64,000 bases of DNA, taken from NCBI GenBank assembly GCA_040219255.1, contig JAVJSW010000008.1, positions 1 through 64,000 of the forward strand, in the 5' to 3' direction. Under the pieces are notes generated by a model, which did no database searches, was not told where the DNA came from, and saw only the letters and a program-made list of their open reading frames with translations. Position 1 is the stretch's first letter; each line of letters begins with the position of its first letter. The position numbers were made by a program, and so were the translations under genes. Of this stretch, positions 16,589 through 26,999 are shown piece by piece. Source of the stretch: Sumerlaeia bacterium. GTDB lineage: Bacteria; Sumerlaeota; Sumerlaeia; SLMS01; JAHLLQ01.

Positions 16589-18259
16589 ATGTCCTTAGCC
16601 GCCCCCGCCGCCCCCGTCCCCGCTTCTTCAGGCGATGTCCCCGAGGTGCTCCACGGCACGGAAGAAACACCGGAATCGCCCAAACCGACTCCCCCGCCGC
16701 GGGCTCTCGCCCTCGATGCGGTGCGCGGCCTTGCGATCCTGGCGATGTGCTGGAGTGGCCGGGTCCCCATCGGCGATCTGCCGGGCTGGATGTCGCACCA
16801 TTACCACGTTCCGAACCCGGAGGGCGGCGGCTTTACGCAGCAGCTCCTCATGTCCGGCTATACCTGGGTCGATTGGGTTTTCCCGGCGTTCCTCTTCTCC
16901 ATGGGCGCGGCCTTTCCGTTCGCCCTGGGCGGGCGGCTCAAAAAAGGCTGGCCGCTGTGGAAGATTTCCACCGGCGTGGTGATGCGCGGCGTGGCGCTGC
17001 TGGGCTTCGCGATTTACATCTGGCACATGAGCTTTTCGCGCATCGCGGCCCCATCGCAGATGGTGGCCTGCCTTCTCAGCCTCCTCGGCTTCGGCATGCT
17101 CTTCCTGGTCTATCAGCGCTTTCCCGACAAGTGGCCCGCCGCCCTTCGCCACGGGCTCAAGTTCGGCGGCGTGGCGCTGGCCATTGGCTATCTGCTCCTG
17201 CTCGACTACAAGAACGGAGCCGAGGTCTTCGCCTTGGAGAAAGACGCCGGTGAGTTCTTCGAGCGCCTGACCTTTATCTGGCGGCGCGACATCATCATCC
17301 ACCTGCTGGCGATCGTCTCAATCTTCGGGGCGTTCATCTGGCTGCTCACAAAGGCCTCGGTCAAGCTCCGGCTGGCGTTCCTCGTGCTTCCGTTCATCGC
17401 CTTCCTCTGTCAGGGCGACCTCGACAAAATCGCCGATCCGTCGATTTCCCAAGGCATCCGCTCATTGCCCGGCATGGGCGCGGTCCTCGGCTTCTTCGGC
17501 GGCCTGTTCCCCTTCCCCGATCGCCTCGGCTACTTCCAATTCCTCAAGTTCCTCTGGCCCGTCATTCCCGGCACAATCATCGGCGACCTGATGGTGCGTT
17601 GGATGAAGGACCGCAAGGGCGAGGACCCGGCTGCGGATAAGGCGCCCACCGGCAAGCTGCTCGGCGCCGCGGCCCTCGTGGTGGTGCTGTGCGCCGTGGT
17701 GTTCACGGGGCTCCAGGCCCGCTGGCCTGTCGTCACGTTGCTGATTGGCGGCGCTCTCATGGGTGCGATTCACGTCCTGATGCCCCCGGCGAGCGGCCCC
17801 GCCACGAACCGCTTCCTGCGCCAATTGTCCCTCTGGGGCATTGTCTGGCTAGGTATCGGCCTGTTCATGGACGCGGTGCCGTACCTGAACGATGGCGGGA
17901 TCAAGAAGGGGCCGCCGATCACGCTCAGCTATCCGCTTGTCAGCACCGGCCTCTCGATTTACATGCTTCTGGCGTTCACGGTCTGGCTGGACCTAGCGAG
18001 GAAGCGCAAAACGTTCTGGCTCCTGTGGGCCAGCGGACAGAATCCGCTGCTGGCCTATGCGGCCATTGGCATGCTCCTGCTGCCGCTCGTCAGCCTGCCG
18101 ATTTTTCCGGGAAGCAATGGCGCCGTCAGTTTGAATTCGCTGGTGGTCGGAGCGGTAGAGAATCCGTGGCTGGAAGCGGGTTGGGGACTCTTGCAAACGA
18201 TTGCCCTGGCAGCCTTTGCGGGATTCTGCACGGCGAAGAAGATCTTATGGCGCACTTAA
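16589..18259 (+). CDS. DUF5009/HGSNAT-like polytopic membrane protein (possible glucosaminide N-acetyltransferase)
   Basis: RALALDAVRGLAILAM, TWVDWVFPAFLFSMG, GIKK.P.TLSY and GQNPLLAY motifs. Confidence 0.8.
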   Translation: MSLAAPAAPVPASSGDVPEVLHGTEETPESPKPTPPPRALALDAVRGLAILAMCWSGRVPIGDLPGWMSHHYHVPNPEGGGFTQQLLMSGYTWVDWVFPAFLFSMGAAFPFALGGRLKKGWPLWKISTGVVMRGVALLGFAIYIWHMSFSRIAAPSQMVACLLSLLGFGMLFLVYQRFPDKWPAALRHGLKFGGVALAIGYLLLLDYKNGAEVFALEKDAGEFFERLTFIWRRDIIIHLLAIVSIFGAFIWLLTKASVKLRLAFLVLPFIAFLCQGDLDKIADPSISQGIRSLPGMGAVLGFFGGLFPFPDRLGYFQFLKFLWPVIPGTIIGDLMVRWMKDRKGEDPAADKAPTGKLLGAAALVVVLCAVVFTGLQARWPVVTLLIGGALMGAIHVLMPPASGPATNRFLRQLSLWGIVWLGIGLFMDAVPYLNDGGIKKGPPITLSYPLVSTGLSIYMLLAFTVWLDLARKRKTFWLLWASGQNPLLAYAAIGMLLLPLVSLPIFPGSNGAVSLNSLVVGAVENPWLEAGWGLLQTIALAAFAGFCTAKKILWRT

Positions 18260-18405
18260 GCGTGGAAACAAACCTTGATTTGCAACCATTTGTCGGCAAA
18301 GACTCCTCTTTCGGGCTGGCGTCAGTCACCCAAGACCTTCAACAACAGCTTTGACAAGCTTTCAAAGTTCTGCGGACCGAACACTGTGGGAAAAGGCTAC
18401 ACCTC

Positions 18406-19377
18406 ATGATCAGCGGCACGTTTATTGACGAAATCACGCATGATATCCCTTATCAGAACTGGGGACCGGACGAGTGGGCGCGCGATTTCGCCGCCATGCG
18501 CTCTGTCGGCATCGACACCGTGATTATCATTCGCGCGGGCTATAAAGACCGCGCCACGTTCCAGTCCAAGGTCTTGCAGAAGCTCCACCCCCACCTGCTC
18601 GTCCAAGACGATCTCGTCGGCCTATACCTGACCCTCGCCGAAGAGCACGGCATGACCCTCTTCTTCGGTACCTACGACTCGGGCCACTACTGGCACAGCG
18701 GCCAGTACGAAAAGGAAGCGGACATCAACAAGGCCTTCGCCGACGAAGTGATGGAGCGCTACGGCCACATGAAGGCGCTCGGCGGCTGGTATCTGTGCCA
18801 CGAGACGGATGCCTTCAATGACGGCCTGATGAAGGTTTACGAATCGCTGGCGTCCCACCTGCGCTCGCTCAAAGACATGCCGATCCTGATTTCTCCCTAC
18901 ATCCGCGGCGTGAAGCAGTTCGCCGAGAAAGCCATCACCCTCGACGATCACGAACGCGAATGGGATCAGGTCTTCGCCCGCATCAGCGGCATGGTCGATA
19001 TCGTCGCCTTCCAGGACGGCAACGTCGATTACCCCTATCTGGCCCAGTACCTCCAGACGAACGCGCGCCTCGCCCACAAGCACGGCCTGCGCTGCTGGAG
19101 CAACGTGGAGAGCTTCGACCGCGACATGCCCATCAACTTCCCGCCCATCGGTTGGCCCAAGCTGCGTTACAAGATCGACGCCGCCATGAGCACCAACGTC
19201 GAGAAGCTGATCACCTTCGAGTTCAGCCATTTCATGAGCCCCAACGCCACCGTCTGGCCCAGCGCCCGCATGCTGTTCGAGCGCTACCGCGAGCAATATA
19301 TCCTGTCGGGCAACGGCCGGGTCGCGCTCGATGGCCGGTCGCATTCTCTCGCCGCCCAAGAGGCCTCCGTTAAATGA
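18406..19377 (+). CDS. DUF4434-domain TIM-barrel putative glycoside hydrolase
   Basis: ISGTFIDEITHDIP..NWG..EW..DF..M, GWYLCHE, AFQDG and WSNVESF motifs. Confidence 0.8.
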   Translation: MISGTFIDEITHDIPYQNWGPDEWARDFAAMRSVGIDTVIIIRAGYKDRATFQSKVLQKLHPHLLVQDDLVGLYLTLAEEHGMTLFFGTYDSGHYWHSGQYEKEADINKAFADEVMERYGHMKALGGWYLCHETDAFNDGLMKVYESLASHLRSLKDMPILISPYIRGVKQFAEKAITLDDHEREWDQVFARISGMVDIVAFQDGNVDYPYLAQYLQTNARLAHKHGLRCWSNVESFDRDMPINFPPIGWPKLRYKIDAAMSTNVEKLITFEFSHFMSPNATVWPSARMLFERYREQYILSGNGRVALDGRSHSLAAQEASVK

Positions 19378-20576
19378 GCACCGCCGCTCCGGCCCAGAGC
19401 ACACTCGCCCGCGAGCGCGACCGCGTTTCCCAATGCCTTCGTGAGAGCGTCATCCCCTTCTGGATGAATCACAGCCTGGATCGCGAATTGGGCGGCTATT
19501 TCAACTGCCTCGACCGCGATGGCTCGGTGTACGACACGAAGAAGCACATCTGGCTGCAAGGCCGCCAGGTCTGGATGCTGTCCAAGCTCCACAACGCCGA
19601 TCCGTCCGCCAAGGACGCCGGCGCCTTTCGCGATGCGGCGACGCTCGGCGCCGATTTTCTGCGCAACCGCGCCCGCGACGGCCAGCGCGTCTTTTTCTCC
19701 CTGACCCGCGAAGGAAAACCCCATTTCCTCCAGCGCAAAATGTTCTCGGAATGCTTCTATGTCATGGCGATGGCGGAATACGCCCGCGCCACCGGCGATG
19801 CCTCGGCCCGCGCCGAAGCGGACGAACTCTTCCAGTCCATCCTGCGCTACGCCAAGGACCCCTCGCTCCTCGGCCGTCCCGTCTATGACAACGGCCTGCC
19901 CGCCACCGGCGAACTCGCCGTGCCGATGATTCTCCTCAACCTGATCGAGGAACTCAACGGCGCCGACGGCAACGACTTCGAAGACATCGCCCAGTGGTGC
20001 GTCGAACGCATCAAGCTCCACGTCCGTCACGATCTCAAAATGGTCATGGAAACGGTGCCGCTCGACGGCTCCCTCCTCGACACGCCGGAGGGCCGCCTCC
20101 TGAACCCCGGCCACGCCATCGAAGCGGGCTGGTTCCTGATGAGTTACGCCCGCAAGCGCGGCCTCGCCGACCTGGAGAAAATGGCCCTCGCCATGATCGA
20201 CTGGTCCTTCGAAACCGGCTGGGACAAGGAAGAAGGCGGCATCTACTACTTCCTCGACCGGGGCGGATACTCACCGCTCCAGCTCGAGTGGAGCATGAAG
20301 CTCTGGTGGCCCCACTGCGAAGCCATGATCGCCTTCCTGATGGCCTACGACACCACCGGCGAAGCGGCCTATTTCGAGAAGTACCTGCAAGTGGCCGATT
20401 ACAGTTTCGCCCACTTCGACGACCCTCAACACGGCGAGTGGTTCGGCTACCTCGACCGGCACGGCAGAGTCAGCCAGCGCTTCAAGGGCGGCCCGTACAA
20501 AGGCTGCTTCCACGTGCCAAGGGCGCTGTGGATGTGCGAGGGGCTTCTTGGCGGGCTGATCGCGAAGGCATCGTAA
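19374..20576 (+). CDS. N-acylglucosamine 2-epimerase (AGE family)
   Basis: PFW..HSLD..GGYF.CLDRDG, WLQGRQVW, NPGHAIEAGWF, KLWWPHCE and KGCFHVPR motifs. Confidence 0.92.
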   Translation: MSTAAPAQSTLARERDRVSQCLRESVIPFWMNHSLDRELGGYFNCLDRDGSVYDTKKHIWLQGRQVWMLSKLHNADPSAKDAGAFRDAATLGADFLRNRARDGQRVFFSLTREGKPHFLQRKMFSECFYVMAMAEYARATGDASARAEADELFQSILRYAKDPSLLGRPVYDNGLPATGELAVPMILLNLIEELNGADGNDFEDIAQWCVERIKLHVRHDLKMVMETVPLDGSLLDTPEGRLLNPGHAIEAGWFLMSYARKRGLADLEKMALAMIDWSFETGWDKEEGGIYYFLDRGGYSPLQLEWSMKLWWPHCEAMIAFLMAYDTTGEAAYFEKYLQVADYSFAHFDDPQHGEWFGYLDRHGRVSQRFKGGPYKGCFHVPRALWMCEGLLGGLIAKAS

Positions 20577-20605
20577 GTCAAGCTGGCACAATCACTCAAT
20601 ATGCA

Positions 20606-20637
20606 AAAGGCTCGCCAGAATGTCCTGGCGAGCCTTT
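20606..20637. terminator. bidirectional terminator
   Basis: AAAGGCTCGCCAG / CTGGCGAGCCTTT stem between convergent genes. Confidence 0.75.
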
Positions 20638-20665
20638 CTGTTTCTCATGCTTTGCCTGGCGGAAG

Positions 20666-22216
20666 TTACCTTCGCATCGCCTTGCGATCGATCAGCAGCA
20701 GCACCGGGCCAGCAACCGCCGGACCCGTGGCTTCCATTGTCAACTGCACCTCTTCGCCAGCCGCCAGACGGGTCTGACCCACCTTGGTCCATCCTTCGAC
20801 AGTGGACTGATCGACCTGCATGGCGTCGGAGCCGAGCTTGTAAGTCACGGCGGCCGTGTCACCCTGCGCCTCCCCGGGGTAGAGCATATAGGCGTTGTAG
20901 ACGCCGTCCACCGCCGGAGCGGTCAGGGTCCAGGTCATCGTGCCCTCTTCCCCCTTGGCGAGTTGCAGCTTATCGAGAGCGGCGCCGCTGGGCTTGGTCC
21001 AAGTGCCGGTTCCGCGTTCGGCGACGGCCTGCACCTGATAGGGCACGGGGCGCCACTTCATACCGGCGCGATAGGGAATCTCCGCCGGCAGGGCGTACGG
21101 TCCGCGGCGCAGCAGATGGGCCAATTCGTTGCTGTTGCGGCGCAGGCCTTCGTAGAAGAAGTGAACCTCGCCCGGAACGCCCTTCTCGCGGTTGTAGGCG
21201 ATGGCCTCGAGCATATACTCCGGCGTCATGCGATAGCTGCCCACGTTGGTCAGCAGACCGGGCGCGAAGGTGGTCTTGTCGAAATCGTGCTGGGCCAGCA
21301 GGCTGTCCAGCGTGCTCTTGTAGGCGTCGAGTTCGTAGCGGTAGTTCTGAGGATGAATCGAGTCCACGATGCCGCGCTCGACCCAGGTCTTGGAGTCCTG
21401 AAGGTACTCGCGCAGCGACCAGTCGTAAACGCTCGGCGAACTGGAAACGGTCAGATTCGGATCCACGGCATGCACGGCGTCGGACAATTCCTCGAACCAG
21501 TCGGATAGGATGTCGGCGCGCCACTGGAGCCACTCCGGGTCCTTGTAATCGGCCGGCGGGTCCTGGCCGAATTCTTCGCGGTACATGGCCACGGTCTTGT
21601 GATCGTAACCGCCCAGCGATGGCATCGCCGGCATGCGGTCGTCGCCCTGGATGCCATCGATGTCGTAGTTCTCGACGACTTCCAGGACCATACTGGTCAG
21701 AAAATCCTGCACTTCGGGATCGAACGCGTTCATCCATTCAAAGTTGTTCTTCTTAGCCAAGTTGCCCTCCTGATCCAGGCCCTTCCACTCGGGACGCTGT
21801 TTGAGGAGTTCGCCGCCGTCCTTGTTGTAGGATGCCGCGAAACCGTACTCGAACCACGGAACGACCTCGAGACCGACACGGTGGGCTTCGACGATCAGTT
21901 CGGCGAGGGGGTCGCGGCCTTCGAAACGAGAACTGATTCGCAAACCGAATTCTTCTTCCATCAGATCGCTTGGGTACAGGGTCTTCGCATCGTTCCAGAC
22001 GACGGGATAGACGACATTGATTCCCGTCATAGCCAAGAAGTCCATCGCCTCAGCGATTTTTTCCCGGCTGTCGAGGACATCGCTGTCCACATTGGTGATC
22101 CAGACACCGCGCAATTCGTGGAGCGTGGAATTCTCGCCCGCGTTGCAAAAGGCTGATGGGATCAGGCTGAACGCGGAAATCGAGAGGAAAATCAGGGTCC
22201 TCAGGAAGGGTCTCAT
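20666..22216 (-). CDS. secreted GHL10/YddW-like (DUF187) glycoside hydrolase with a C-terminal beta-sandwich
   Basis: ELRGVWIT, DPLAELIVEAH..GLEV.PWFEYGF and YDIDGIQGDD motifs; signal peptide from MRPFLRT. Confidence 0.85.
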   Translation of the reverse strand: MRPFLRTLIFLSISAFSLIPSAFCNAGENSTLHELRGVWITNVDSDVLDSREKIAEAMDFLAMTGINVVYPVVWNDAKTLYPSDLMEEEFGLRISSRFEGRDPLAELIVEAHRVGLEVVPWFEYGFAASYNKDGGELLKQRPEWKGLDQEGNLAKKNNFEWMNAFDPEVQDFLTSMVLEVVENYDIDGIQGDDRMPAMPSLGGYDHKTVAMYREEFGQDPPADYKDPEWLQWRADILSDWFEELSDAVHAVDPNLTVSSSPSVYDWSLREYLQDSKTWVERGIVDSIHPQNYRYELDAYKSTLDSLLAQHDFDKTTFAPGLLTNVGSYRMTPEYMLEAIAYNREKGVPGEVHFFYEGLRRNSNELAHLLRRGPYALPAEIPYRAGMKWRPVPYQVQAVAERGTGTWTKPSGAALDKLQLAKGEEGTMTWTLTAPAVDGVYNAYMLYPGEAQGDTAAVTYKLGSDAMQVDQSTVEGWTKVGQTRLAAGEEVQLTMEATGPAVAGPVLLLIDRKAMRR

Positions 22217-22238
22217 GGAAGGGATTCCTTTCTTTTCG

Positions 22239-22307
22239 TGCAAATCGTTGCAAGAGTGCGATGGTTGCTTGACACGGGGTGCGGCGATTGATACGCAACT
22301 ATTTGCA
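22239..22307. promoter_or_regulatory. two LacI-type operators (TGCAAATCGTTGCA 22239-22252; CGCAACTATTTGCA 22294-22307)
   Basis: In the divergent region directly upstream of the LacI gene. Confidence 0.7.
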
Positions 22308-22472
22308 TGGGGCAAGCTGCGGGACCGCGGCAAGTGAAACTCGTCGAATGCCTTGACAAAGGGTCACTTCTCAGCGTTCCCAAGGGTTTCAAGCAGATGT
22401 TATCCGGCGCCCCGCGAGGGAACTTGGACCGGAACCTAGATACCTTGATCGCAACCCAGCGAGGACGATTAC

Positions 22473-23567
22473 ATGACGACAAAAGACAGTTCCGAGAACA
22501 ATTCGCAGCATCCCGGAGCCAAGGGCCGGAAACGCAATGTCACCGTAAAGGAAATCGCCAAGCGAGCTGGCGTCTCCGTCTCCACTGTCTCGCGCGTCAT
22601 GAGCGGCGCCGACACCGCCATCCCCATCAGCGAACAGACCCGCAAGAAGGTCATGGAGGTTTGCGAGGAACTCAAGTTCCTGCCCGACGTCAACTACCTC
22701 CGCCTCAAGGAACGCCGCAGTTACTCTATCGGCTTCCTGATCCCCCGCATGAACCCGGAAAAGGGCATTCCCTTCCAGTTCGACGAAAACGTCGGCCTCT
22801 TCCTCAGCGCCTTCGAGCATCACCTCTCCCTCAATCGCTTCGGCATTCTGATCCAGGGCGTCGACGCGGAGTATATCAAGGGACTCGAGCACCTGCGCAT
22901 TCTGCGCAACAACACCGTCGACGGCATGGTCGTCTGGGACGCGTTCTCCTCCCCAGCCCCGGTTCACGAACTCAATCAGGAAATCCGGCCATTCATCTGC
23001 GTGGCCTTCCCCTACGAAGGCGCCAAGAATTTCATCATCCCCGACAACTTCCAGGGCGCCTACGATCTGGCCTCCCACCTGATCAGCCTGGGCCACAAGG
23101 AAATCGCCTACGTCAGCGGCGGCATGGGCGAACTCGTCGACCGCCTGCGCGAAGATGGCTTCCGCCGCGCCCTCAATGAACACGGCCTTACCATCCGCGT
23201 CTACGACGGTCACTACACCTTCAAAGGCGGCTACTCCTGCGCCGAGCAGATCATGGCCGACAACGCGAACATCACGGCGATCCTCGCCGCCAACGACCTC
23301 ATGGCCATCGGTGCCATGGAGTACGCCCGCCTCGCGGGCATCAGCATGCCTCAGGACCTCGCCATCGCCGGCTTCGACGGCTCCTCCCACTCCTCCGTCG
23401 TTCTTCCCCGTCTCACCACAGGGCGCCTGCCCTGGGAGGAAATGGGCCGCCTCGCCGCCGAACACCTCGTCAACATGATCGAGAACGAGGACAAGGACCC
23501 GGTCCAATTGACTCTGCCGATCGAGATCATCACGCGCGAAAGCACCCTCGGGTCGAGCAAGAAGTAG
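22473..23567 (+). CDS. LacI-family transcriptional regulator
   Basis: VTVKEIAKRAGVSVSTVSRVM HTH; ANDLMAIGA, IAGFDG, LTT and RES motifs. Confidence 0.95.
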   Translation: MTTKDSSENNSQHPGAKGRKRNVTVKEIAKRAGVSVSTVSRVMSGADTAIPISEQTRKKVMEVCEELKFLPDVNYLRLKERRSYSIGFLIPRMNPEKGIPFQFDENVGLFLSAFEHHLSLNRFGILIQGVDAEYIKGLEHLRILRNNTVDGMVVWDAFSSPAPVHELNQEIRPFICVAFPYEGAKNFIIPDNFQGAYDLASHLISLGHKEIAYVSGGMGELVDRLREDGFRRALNEHGLTIRVYDGHYTFKGGYSCAEQIMADNANITAILAANDLMAIGAMEYARLAGISMPQDLAIAGFDGSSHSSVVLPRLTTGRLPWEEMGRLAAEHLVNMIENEDKDPVQLTLPIEIITRESTLGSSKK

Positions 23568-23649
23568 CCAGCGCTCCGCTGCACAACTTCTCTGCCCACA
23601 GTACTTCACCCCCAAAACCCACACATGAAGGATACACTGACGCTTCTCC

Positions 23650-25626
23650 ATGTTCTTTGATTTCGCCAATTTCTTTCGATACAAAATTATTGTCACGATT
23701 TTTTTGACCGCTCCCGTCCTTCCACTCGCCGCCCAGGACATCATCGTCGACAATCGCGATCCCGGGTTTTCCACCGTCGGCTTCTGGTTCGCCTCCTCCA
23801 ACGCCGGTTTCTATGGCACCGACTCGGTGCTCAACGACACCTTTCCCGCCGGAGAGGAAGCCACTTGGTCGGCCACGCTGCCGGCCAATGGCGTCTATCG
23901 CGTCTCGGCCTGGTGGGTGGCGGCGGGCAACCGCCCCACCGACGCGCCCTATACCGTGATCCATAGCCTCGGCTCCAACCAAGTCCGCATGAACCAGACG
24001 TCCAACGGCAGCCGATGGGTCGAATTGGGCGAGTTCCCTTTCAGCGCCTCCTCCCCCGCCCTCGTCAAACTCTCCGACGATGCCAACGGCCAATTCGTCT
24101 CGGCCGACGCGGTGCGGTTCGAATATCTGCGCGACGATTCCGGCGGTGGCGAGTTGTGTGGCCCGCCGCCGACGGCCCTGAGCCTGCTGACCGGTTCGGC
24201 CAGTTGCGGCATTTGCGGTGGCTTTCGTCTTCCCGGTGCCCGCGAACCCCATCCGGAAGCCAAGTTCGACATCCACTCGGACCTGCCCGAGATCTTCACC
24301 TCGAACGGGGTGCTCTACAGCACGGAAGCCATCCTGCCCCCCTTCAATCTCGAGAACGGTGCACCGCTTTCACTCACCCAACGCACTCAGATGAACAATG
24401 GTTTCACCGCCATCGACGACGATTTCGACCTCTTCCTGTTTCACATCGCCCAACCCGGCGACGGCGGCACGCCCCGCCGGATCGTGCTCTACGTCGAAAA
24501 CAACGGCACCGCACCGGTGCAGGTCGCGCCCAGGCAGGTGATCGTCACCGATGGCATCATCGGAACGGTGCACGAAATGGAGTCCACCCTGGGCCGCCGC
24601 GTGCTGGCCGGCGACTGGGACCAGCCGCTGGGCACGACGACCATTCCAGCGGGCCAGGGCGAAGTGCTGGCCTGGTCCAAGCGCTTCTCGATCATCGGCA
24701 ACGGACCCGATTCGAGCCAAAACGTCAACTGCTTCGGCCGCATCCGGGTGGATGTGGACCCGGTTGGTACCGCGACAGAGACACCCAATTTGACAGCCTA
24801 CCTGCTGGCGATCCCGGGAGTTCCGGATATCGGACAAAACAAAGCCTTCGCCGAAACGTTTCTGGAAGTCGGCGCCGACTCGGGCGAGACCTTCCTCGAC
24901 CTCTCCACACCCATTTCCGGCTGCGAGCTGAGCCGCGCCACCGGCGTCCATGAAGCCTTCGTCTGGCGCGGCGAGCCGGTCCGCTTCGATGTGAATTCTT
25001 TGGCCACCCTCGGACCCGTGCGCTTCTCCATGGCGCTTTCGGACACCCAGTCCAATGGCTGCGACGAAGGCCAGCAGACCGGCCCGCAGCTCCTCTGGCC
25101 CAACTATGCCCCGGCCGACACGGTGGGGAACTACATGATCGAGTACCGTCTCGCCCTGACCCTGGTGAACCGCAGCAGCGCCGCCCACCGCGCTTTCGAC
25201 CTGCGGTTTGGCAAGACCGGCGCCGATGTCGGTCTCGCATGGCAAATGGCCATCACCGACGGGGAGAGCGCTCCCGCCGACGGCCTTGTCGATAAGGCAA
25301 CGGTCCGCACCGGATGGGCTGGCCCGAACCAATCCGGCGACTTGCCCGATGACACGCGATCCTTCCTGGCCCAGGACGGCGGTCCGATCACACTGGCCCC
25401 CTGCGAAGTCCGAACCGTCGGCATCCGCTTCCTGGTGCTGGGCAACTCCTCGCTGCCCTTCACGCTCTCCGTGGTTCCCGAGAATCCGGTCATTCCGACC
25501 GGAACTCCGACGCCCACTCCCACCGCGACACCCTCCCCCACGCCAACTCCGACACCTTCCCCCACGGCGACTCCAACGCCCACAGCCACGCCAGACGTCC
25601 AACCTTCAGCCTGGTCCGTCTACTGA
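23650..25626 (+). CDS. secreted protein: golvesin/Xly-like CBM, uncharacterised domain, Pro/Thr linker, C-terminal WSVY
   Basis: Signal peptide; IIVDNRDPGF...W..LG.F.F...ADAVRF; PT repeat at about 25495-25593. Confidence 0.8.
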   Translation: MFFDFANFFRYKIIVTIFLTAPVLPLAAQDIIVDNRDPGFSTVGFWFASSNAGFYGTDSVLNDTFPAGEEATWSATLPANGVYRVSAWWVAAGNRPTDAPYTVIHSLGSNQVRMNQTSNGSRWVELGEFPFSASSPALVKLSDDANGQFVSADAVRFEYLRDDSGGGELCGPPPTALSLLTGSASCGICGGFRLPGAREPHPEAKFDIHSDLPEIFTSNGVLYSTEAILPPFNLENGAPLSLTQRTQMNNGFTAIDDDFDLFLFHIAQPGDGGTPRRIVLYVENNGTAPVQVAPRQVIVTDGIIGTVHEMESTLGRRVLAGDWDQPLGTTTIPAGQGEVLAWSKRFSIIGNGPDSSQNVNCFGRIRVDVDPVGTATETPNLTAYLLAIPGVPDIGQNKAFAETFLEVGADSGETFLDLSTPISGCELSRATGVHEAFVWRGEPVRFDVNSLATLGPVRFSMALSDTQSNGCDEGQQTGPQLLWPNYAPADTVGNYMIEYRLALTLVNRSSAAHRAFDLRFGKTGADVGLAWQMAITDGESAPADGLVDKATVRTGWAGPNQSGDLPDDTRSFLAQDGGPITLAPCEVRTVGIRFLVLGNSSLPFTLSVVPENPVIPTGTPTPTPTATPSPTPTPTPSPTATPTPTATPDVQPSAWSVY

Positions 25627-25760
25627 GGTCCAGGGACCAGGGCATCGCCGCCCCTCCAGTTCCTCCCGAGCTGGCGAACCAGCTCAATTCGAGCATCCCC
25701 AAGGCTTTCGGGATCAAGGCGAGCGTGCCCATATCCTGCTCCTGCTAATTGGCCTCTGCA

Positions 25761-25802
25761 CAAAAAAGAAAGCCCCTGCCAAGCAAAATGCCTGGCAGGG
25801 GC
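25761..25802 (-). terminator. intrinsic terminator for the 25873-26928 gene
   Basis: GCCCCTGCCA / TGGCAGGGGC stem with an adjacent A-tract on the + strand. Confidence 0.7.
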
Positions 25803-25872
25803 GTTCCTTCATCCGCGAGCGGATCAGTCTTCGGCTGACAGGGGGATGCGAGCCGAAGACAAGCGGCGCGAG

Positions 25873-26928
25873 TTAGTAGAGGTCCCAGTTCTCCACATCG
25901 GCACCGGCCTGAAGCGTAGCGCCGTCGATACCGAAGACCGAAACTCGGGCGCCACCGGCACCGCTGTCGGCGTTGGAGACGACCAAGTACTGGCTCGAAC
26001 CCACGGTGTGCACGACGGCATCGCGGGGGAAGGTCAGGTTCGTGGCGTCGGTCAGGGTCACCGTGTTGGCGGCGTTCGTCACGTCGATCAGGACGATCTG
26101 ATCGCTTTCCGGAAGGGAAAGGACCGCATATTCCGTGCTGTCGCCCAGGTAGGTGAAGACGCTGATGCCCTGGACAGAACCCGAGTCGGTGACGGCCTGG
26201 GTGTACCAGTTAGACTGGATCGTGTTGCCCGACAGCGACAGCGGCGAGCCCACATCGTCATTCATGCGGTGGATACCAACCGTCAGACCATCGCCCACGA
26301 ACTTGTTGTTGTAGGAGATGAGGACGTCGCCGTTAGACGCCACAGCCAGATCGCGGGAAGCGCTCGGGGCGGGGCCGCTGTAGAACCCAGCGCCGGTCAA
26401 CTTGGTCAGACCGTTGTTGAACTGATAGTAGTTCGTGCCAGCGGTGAACTGAGCGATGATGTTGTTCCCATAGAATTCGGCACCGGCGGTGCGGCGGGGT
26501 GAGCCACCGATGTTGGCCGGCAGGTAGGTGGCCGAGTCATCGGTCGGGTCGATCTTGACGATTACGCCGTCCGTGCCTTGATCGCCAGCGAACATCAGCG
26601 TGCCGGTGGTCGACTCGTAGGCCGCGGTGAAGAGACCGCGGAAGAGCGGCCAAGTGATCGGGCCCGAGGTCGTGGAGTCGTCGAGGGAGGTGGCTTCCAC
26701 CAGGATTGCGGCGCTGGGGGCGTCGGTCACCACGTCTGTGACCTTGGTGATGCGGCGCTGGGAGGCGCCGGCGAAGTACGCGTCGCCATCGGCGGTGACG
26801 GCCACGCCGGTGGGCGTGGACTCAAGGCCGTTAAGGGCGACGTCTTGCAGGTGGGTGATGGAGGGTTGAGCCATCAGAGGAGCCGCAAGAAGAGTCGCGG
26901 CGCCGAGAGCTAATGTGAGTTTCATCAT
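25873..26928 (-). CDS. secreted beta-propeller-like protein, C-terminus ADVENWDLY
   Basis: CAGGAG RBS; MMKLTLALGAATLLAAPLMA signal peptide; NHL-like PTGVAVTADG repeats. Confidence 0.8.
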   Translation of the reverse strand: MMKLTLALGAATLLAAPLMAQPSITHLQDVALNGLESTPTGVAVTADGDAYFAGASQRRITKVTDVVTDAPSAAILVEATSLDDSTTSGPITWPLFRGLFTAAYESTTGTLMFAGDQGTDGVIVKIDPTDDSATYLPANIGGSPRRTAGAEFYGNNIIAQFTAGTNYYQFNNGLTKLTGAGFYSGPAPSASRDLAVASNGDVLISYNNKFVGDGLTVGIHRMNDDVGSPLSLSGNTIQSNWYTQAVTDSGSVQGISVFTYLGDSTEYAVLSLPESDQIVLIDVTNAANTVTLTDATNLTFPRDAVVHTVGSSQYLVVSNADSGAGGARVSVFGIDGATLQAGADVENWDLY

Positions 26929-26966
26929 GATTGGATGAGGCTCCTGTGAAAAAAGTGCTGGTGTTA

Positions 26967-26980
26967 TGCAACTCATTGCA
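26967..26980. promoter_or_regulatory. LacI-type operator TGCAACTCATTGCA
   Basis: 39 bp upstream of the 26928 start. Confidence 0.65.
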
Positions 26981-26999
26981 ATGGCATAAGTCAAGCCTT

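Noticed and set aside
25495-25593. Short-period repeat as a VNTR or CRISPR-like array
   Set aside because: It encodes a Pro/Thr linker with varied synonymous codons.
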